Source of the DNA: Chitinophagales bacterium
GTDB taxonomy: Bacteria; Bacteroidota; Bacteroidia; Chitinophagales; UBA8649
Reading direction: 5' to 3'
NCBI GenBank assembly: GCA_049610685.1
Contig: JBMYZU010000011.1
Location: 7,353 to 71,352, forward strand
DNA: 64,000 bases
Position 1 is the stretch's first letter; every line of letters starts with the position of its first letter. Shown here piece after piece: positions 59,081-64,000 of this stretch. The notes below the pieces were generated by a model, which worked only from the letters and a program-made list of their open reading frames with translations, searched no databases and was not told the DNA's origin. The position numbers and the translations under genes were made by a program.

Positions 59081-59728
59081 CTACAACTCCTCCGCCATCC
59101 TGCGAATCACCTCTGACGCCTGAGGACCTTCATTAAACAAGAGATCGAGTACACTGAGGTTATGCAAGAAACCCGTTTTATTCTGAAACACTTGTTCATA
59201 AGGATGCTCTTCCATCCTTTCTGTCCTTAGCACTTCCTGTGCCCATCGGTTGGGCAAAAAACGATTGCGAAGATCAAGCACATCTTCACCATAATCCGCA
59301 ACATAGCTTGAAGTATGCTTCAAATTAACCTCCCACTTCAGATGGCGCAGAATCTGCTTAAGCATGGCTAGATTAAAATCCCACGTCGTATGGTAAGCAT
59401 CCATATACAACGGCGCATAGTCATCCTCATAATACTCAAAGTAAGGACTGCTTCGATAGGCGGCACATAGACTTTGCCAATGATGCCTTTGCCAAGCTAT
59501 CTCATTTTGAATGGGGCGACTATCTGAGGTAAACCGTTTGTCCTTGCCACCTGCCAAAGGAATACTCAAGGACAAGGCTCCATTCGGCCCTGCAATACTT
59601 GCCCGATTTCTGTAGGATGCCTTCACAAAATGCTCCTTTGCGTCAAGATGCCACTCCTCCACACCATAGACAGCCACAAAAAAAGGAAGTGGTGGTGCAT
59701 AGAAAAGAGGGAGAACGGCCTTAGGCAT
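59081..59728 (-). CDS. WbqC family protein
   Basis: SYRNR, LSIP, HW.SL..AY..SPYFEYY, YEQVF and LSVLDLLFNEGP motifs. Confidence 0.88.
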   Translation of the reverse strand: MPKAVLPLFYAPPLPFFVAVYGVEEWHLDAKEHFVKASYRNRASIAGPNGALSLSIPLAGGKDKRFTSDSRPIQNEIAWQRHHWQSLCAAYRSSPYFEYYEDDYAPLYMDAYHTTWDFNLAMLKQILRHLKWEVNLKHTSSYVADYGEDVLDLRNRFLPNRWAQEVLRTERMEEHPYEQVFQNKTGFLHNLSVLDLLFNEGPQASEVIRRMAEEL

Positions 59729-59806
59729 AACAAGTATTGTGGAAGTAAAAATAGGGACTTCACGCTATCTCCTCATGAAGCCCTATATTCAACCGATATT
59801 CCTCTT

Positions 59807-60673
59807 ATGGCTTGGATACTTATTGGAATCATTCGGTTGTGGTCATTGATCCCTCTGCGCTGTAGTCAGCTTCTTCGACATCCGCTCGCCTTTGTCTTAG
59901 AACATGTCGTGCGCTACCGAAGAAAAACAGTTGAGGCCAACCTTTTACGTTGCTTTCCCGATAGAGATTCTTCAGCACGCCGTCAGATTCAAAAGGACTT
60001 TTATCGCCATTTTGCCCAACAAGTATTAGAAATTCTGCGAAGCTTTAGCTATTCAGCGCATCAAGTAGCTCAGCATATGGTGTTAAAAGATGAGGATTTT
60101 GAAAAGAAAGTTGCCAAGATTGATCGTCCTGTATTCCTCGTTTTTTCGCATGGAGTGAATTGGGAATGGGGTTCTCTAGAATGCAGTGCCGACCTGCCCC
60201 ACCCCGTGTATGTGGCGTACAAGCCTCTGAAGAATTCCATAATGGACAAATGGTTGAAAGCACGTCGTTCGCGTTTTGGGGCAAACCTTGTCTCCATGCG
60301 TCAACTGCCTAAGACCTTAGTGCATATAAAGGACCAACCGAGTTTCGTCCTACTTGTTGCTGATCAAAATCCTTCTAATCCTGCCCATGCCCACGGAGCG
60401 GAATTCTTTGGGAAGACGAGTGCCTTTCTATCTGGCATGGCAAGGCTAGCTGTTCACCATCAATTTGATGTGATTTATATTGATATGAAGACAGAAAAGC
60501 CCGGCAAGTACAGAGGATACATGAGGTCTTCCTTTTCCATGCAAGCCAACACAACACCCGAAGAGGTTACTCAATGGTATGCCAAAGAACTCGAACAATC
60601 GCTAAAAGAAGAACCGCACCGCTGGTTATGGACCCATAAGCGATTTAAACATGATAACTATTGGTTGGAGTAA
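59807..60673 (+). CDS. Lipid A biosynthesis acyltransferase (LpxL/HtrB-like)
   Basis: HGVNWEW, YKPLKN, ADQNP and WLWTHKRFK motifs. Start moved to ATG 59807. Confidence 0.87.
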   Translation: MAWILIGIIRLWSLIPLRCSQLLRHPLAFVLEHVVRYRRKTVEANLLRCFPDRDSSARRQIQKDFYRHFAQQVLEILRSFSYSAHQVAQHMVLKDEDFEKKVAKIDRPVFLVFSHGVNWEWGSLECSADLPHPVYVAYKPLKNSIMDKWLKARRSRFGANLVSMRQLPKTLVHIKDQPSFVLLVADQNPSNPAHAHGAEFFGKTSAFLSGMARLAVHHQFDVIYIDMKTEKPGKYRGYMRSSFSMQANTTPEEVTQWYAKELEQSLKEEPHRWLWTHKRFKHDNYWLE

Positions 60674-60689
60674 TCCGTAACTTCACCCC

Positions 60690-61739
60690 ATGGAGGTTGC
60701 AATCGTCATATTAAACTGGAATGGCAAGCACTGGTTAGAAAAGTTTTTACCCAGTGTGGTAAGTCACCTTAACCCCAAACGGGATGTACTCTGGGTGGCC
60801 GACAATGCCTCTACAGACGACTCCATTGAATGGCTTAAAGCCAACTATCCCGATGTTGAACTTCTTGAAATGAAGGAGAATACAGGGTATGCCGGAGGAT
60901 ATCATGAAGCGCTTAATGCCATTGAAGCAGATTATTACGTCTTGCTAAATAGCGACATCGAAGTAGGTCCAAATTGGCTTGACCCCTTGATTGATCGGAT
61001 GAATAACCAAGCACACATCGCAGCCTGTCAACCCAAAATCTTGAGTTACGACAACAAGGATTCATTTGAGTATGCAGGAGCTTGTGGTGGCTACATTGAT
61101 CGACTGGGTTATCCCTTTTGCCGAGGACGTATTCTCAATCACTGCGAAAAGGATGAAGGCCAATATGATGAAGCCCAGCCTATTTTTTGGGCAACTGGAG
61201 CATGCCTTGTTGTACGATCAAGTGCATATCACAGTATCGGAGGACTTCATGCGCCATTTTTCGCACATATGGAAGAGATTGACCTTTGCTGGCGATTTCA
61301 GCGAGCAGGTTTTGAGGTATGGGTTGAACCTCAGTCGATAGTCTATCATGTCGGTGGAGGCAGCTTGTCGCAGACCAGCCCCTTTAAAACGGAGCTAAAC
61401 TTTCGAAACAACCTTCTCCTCTTATATCGTAATATTCATCCGGACCATCGTAATGCCCTCCTTTTTAAGCGAATGGTATGGGATGGACTAGCTGGTGCGA
61501 TTTACTTACTTACTGGGCGATGGAAGCTCTTTATGGCAGTAATTAAGGCACACAATGGGTTTCGTGCCATGAAATCCCAGGAGCAAAAGGACAGCTTTAA
61601 TGATAGCCTAGGATATATTCCACAGCACGAGCTCAAGCATTGTTTCAATGGACATATACTCGTTCAAGCCATTCTTCGAGGAAAGAAGACCTTTTCTAGC
61701 CTCAATCAGGCCTTATTCCAAAAAGCTGTCAACCGCTAA
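60690..61739 (+). CDS. Glycosyltransferase family 2
   Basis: VILNWNG, ADNASTD, LLNSD, WATGAC and HMEEIDLCWR motifs. Confidence 0.92.
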   Translation: MEVAIVILNWNGKHWLEKFLPSVVSHLNPKRDVLWVADNASTDDSIEWLKANYPDVELLEMKENTGYAGGYHEALNAIEADYYVLLNSDIEVGPNWLDPLIDRMNNQAHIAACQPKILSYDNKDSFEYAGACGGYIDRLGYPFCRGRILNHCEKDEGQYDEAQPIFWATGACLVVRSSAYHSIGGLHAPFFAHMEEIDLCWRFQRAGFEVWVEPQSIVYHVGGGSLSQTSPFKTELNFRNNLLLLYRNIHPDHRNALLFKRMVWDGLAGAIYLLTGRWKLFMAVIKAHNGFRAMKSQEQKDSFNDSLGYIPQHELKHCFNGHILVQAILRGKKTFSSLNQALFQKAVNR

Positions 61740-62138
61740 GACGTAGCCTTCAAGCCCAAATCCAGCAATCAAGCCTTTACAAACTGGGGATAAGAGATTG
61801 ACTTGACGAAACTCCTCCCTTGCATACGGATTGGAGATATGCACCTCGACGACAGGTGTATCAATGGCAGCAATGGCATCACGAAGCGCAACGGAAGTAT
61901 GGGTATAGCCTCCGGCATTCAGGATAACACCATGATAGCCTTTCGCCTTGGCTTGTTGCAAGGCATCAATGAGCTCTCCCTCGATATTGGACTGTTTTTG
62001 ATCGATAATACAACTCCCCTGATAAACATCCTTTACTTCTTGGAGGAATGTCAATAAGTCTTGGTCGCCATAAATTGAGGTTTCCCGTTGACCTACTAAA
62101 TTCAAGTTTGGACCGTTAAGAATGAGGAGCTTTTTCAT
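61713..62138 (-). CDS. aroQ: Type II 3-dehydroquinate dehydratase
   Basis: LNGPNLNLVG.RE..IYG, NAGGYTHTS and EVHISN..AREEFR motifs. Confidence 0.95.
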   Translation of the reverse strand: MKKLLILNGPNLNLVGQRETSIYGDQDLLTFLQEVKDVYQGSCIIDQKQSNIEGELIDALQQAKAKGYHGVILNAGGYTHTSVALRDAIAAIDTPVVEVHISNPYAREEFRQVNLLSPVCKGLIAGFGLEGYVLAVDSFLE

Positions 62139-62181
62139 CACTTGTATTGATTTACGAAAGTAACAAGTCCAAAGTTAGCCT

Positions 62182-63078
62182 ATGCAATGGAATACTGCTA
62201 TAGAGGATTTTAGATCCTATATTATCCTTGAACGAAATCAAAGCGATAATACAGTCTTGGCTTACCATGCGGACATGCTGAAGTTCCAATCCCTGCTAGA
62301 AGAGAATAAAACGCCGATGAATGTCCAACGGGAAGACATCGAGGCGTTTCTTGCAGCGATTCATGACTTGGGCCTCGCCAAACGAAGTCAGGCAAGGATG
62401 CTTTCGAGTATTAAGGCCTTTTTTCGTTGGATGAATCTCGAGGGGATTCGAGAGGATAACCCTTCAGCCTCGTTAGAAGGCCCCAAGCGCGATCAAAAGC
62501 TACCCGATACCCTAAGTGTAGAGGATGTCAGCGCATTAATTGAATCCCATGACCTAAGTAAAAATGAGGGGATTCGCAATCGAGCCATCTTTGAAGTACT
62601 CTACAGTTGCGGGCTAAGGGTTAGTGAATGCATTGGCCTTATGATGAATAACATCTACTTCGAGGAAGAAATCATCAAGGTCATCGGTAAAGGAGATCGG
62701 GAACGACTGGTTCCCATTGGAAGAGCGGCTATGCATAGCCTTCGAATCTATCTTGATGAAGTGCGGAGCAAACAAAGTATTGCGCAAGAGGGACAGGGAT
62801 TTGTCTTTTTAAATCGAAGGGGTAAGCCCCTTAGCCGTGTAATGATTTTCTATATCGTAAAAGAAGCAGCAGATCGCATTGGATTGCGCAAATCAATAAG
62901 CCCGCACACCTTTCGCCATAGTTTTGCCACCCATTTAGTCGAGGGAGGTGCTGATTTACGAGCTGTGCAAGAAATGCTTGGCCACGCAAATATTACAACA
63001 ACAGAGATCTACACCCATTTGGACCAGAGTCATCTTAGAAAGGCTTTGGAGAAGTTTCATCCGCGATTTAAGGAGTGA
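62182..63078 (+). CDS. xerD: Site-specific tyrosine recombinase XerD
   Basis: YSCGLRVSE, GKGDRERLVP and HTFRHSFATHL..GADLRAVQEMLGH...TTEIY motifs. Confidence 0.9.
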   Translation: MQWNTAIEDFRSYIILERNQSDNTVLAYHADMLKFQSLLEENKTPMNVQREDIEAFLAAIHDLGLAKRSQARMLSSIKAFFRWMNLEGIREDNPSASLEGPKRDQKLPDTLSVEDVSALIESHDLSKNEGIRNRAIFEVLYSCGLRVSECIGLMMNNIYFEEEIIKVIGKGDRERLVPIGRAAMHSLRIYLDEVRSKQSIAQEGQGFVFLNRRGKPLSRVMIFYIVKEAADRIGLRKSISPHTFRHSFATHLVEGGADLRAVQEMLGHANITTTEIYTHLDQSHLRKALEKFHPRFKE

Positions 63079-63182
63079 TTGGGGTTGCGATAAAGCCCAC
63101 GTTCCACCCCCGCCCTACGGGCAAAATAATCCCCTCAAAAAGTATGCCGCTGACTTAATGATTATCTCGTCTACACTAATGA

Positions 63183-63776
63183 CTAAGCAGCAGAAAATGC
63201 CTGGCCTTTCAGAATATACTTCCCAAGAATATCAAACTCAAGATTCACCTTGGCGCCAACGGCCAAGTCGGAAAGATTAGTGTGCTCCCAAGTGTAGGGA
63301 ATAATGGCTACATCAAAGGTTTTCTCATCCGTATTAAAAGCTGTTAGTGAAATCCCGTTAACACAAATTGAACCCTTCTCAACGATCATAGCTTCGAGAG
63401 AGGGCTCATAGGCAAAGCGAAGTCTCCAAGAACCTTGCTCATCAAGAATTTCAACTAACTCCCCTACCTGATCTACGTGACCTTGAACCCAATGCCCATC
63501 CAATCGATCACCCACGCGCATCGCACGCTCCAAATTGACCTTAGATCCTATCTTCCAGCTATCAATGTTTGTTTTCTGACGTGTTTCAAGGACGGCAGAT
63601 ACCTTATAGCGATCGCCTTCAATAGCTTCTACTGTGAGGCATGCACCATTATGACTCAAGCTCTGATCCACCTTAAAGCTGTCCGTCAAGGAAGAGGAGA
63701 GCCAAAGACTTACATTCTCCCCTTGATGCACATGATCTTCAACTGTAGCTTGAGCTTCGATAATCCCCGTAAACAT
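63183..63776 (-). CDS. ribE: Riboflavin synthase (alpha chain)
   Basis: MFTGII, NGACLT, VNLERA, GHWVQGHVD and VNLEFD motifs. Confidence 0.95.
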   Translation of the reverse strand: MFTGIIEAQATVEDHVHQGENVSLWLSSSLTDSFKVDQSLSHNGACLTVEAIEGDRYKVSAVLETRQKTNIDSWKIGSKVNLERAMRVGDRLDGHWVQGHVDQVGELVEILDEQGSWRLRFAYEPSLEAMIVEKGSICVNGISLTAFNTDEKTFDVAIIPYTWEHTNLSDLAVGAKVNLEFDILGKYILKGQAFSAA

Positions 63777-64000
63777 TATTGACTGCGTATTAAGTGAATA
63801 AATCCTCCGTTTCCAGAACCGAGAGGTAAATCAATCGCCTGAAGGCCACTTGTCGTGCGTACATAAGCTTTTCCTTCGTAGAGATAGACTCCTTCTGAAG
63901 CCTCTGCCCCGCTGAGCACACTTCCATCCCAATTGATATCAGGATCTGTCGTCTCAAAGACGAGATTCCCCCAGGAGTGATAAATACGAAACTCTACAGA
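63776..64000 (-). CDS. 3' end of protein with gliding-motility-associated (T9SS type B) C-terminal domain, partial
   Basis: Minus frame reads SVEFRIYHSWGNLVFETTDPDINWDG...GVYLY...GFIHLIRSQ*; the stop overlaps the ribE ATG. Confidence 0.8.
   Translation of the reverse strand, partial: SVEFRIYHSWGNLVFETTDPDINWDGSVLSGAEASEGVYLYEGKAYVRTTSGLQAIDLPLGSGNGGFIHLIRSQ

Noticed and set aside
62182..63078. Island integrase for the tRNA-Arg duplication
   Set aside because: Looks like housekeeping XerD among core genes, 4.4 kb away and outside the direct repeats.
62948..63280. 110-aa ORF overlapping xerD and ribE, and similar short overlapping ORFs
   Set aside because: Overlap well-supported genes and show no recognisable motifs.

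Overview
Densely packed, mostly housekeeping chromosomal segment of a Bacteroidota bacterium. The assignment rests on the parA-parB-DUF5683-dapB-lepB order, TAnnTTTG-type promoter elements, T9SS C-terminal domains and a GYDIA kinase. The window holds about 55 CDS, including a four-gene mevalonate cluster, bshC-rimO, mutS, alaS-gatB, topA, purB, lipA, murQ, namZ, a carboxy(nor)spermidine pair and xerD, plus one tRNA-Arg(ACG). I found no transposase, phage gene, CRISPR array, reverse transcriptase or defence system. The most notable signals are: (1) a -7 promoter octamer exactly 4 nt before the start codon of about 11 genes, suggesting widespread leaderless transcription; (2) a structured tRNA-derived element with inverted and direct copies of the tRNA 3' arm, next to an AT-rich T9SS cargo gene; (3) an 11-bp-period Pho-box-like repeat upstream of a divergent PiT-like transporter; (4) a YadA-head-repeat adhesin with a lectin-like tip and no recognisable anchor; (5) a sulfotransferase-fold protein with degenerate PAPS motifs. 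All calls come from reading motifs by eye; no database searches were run.
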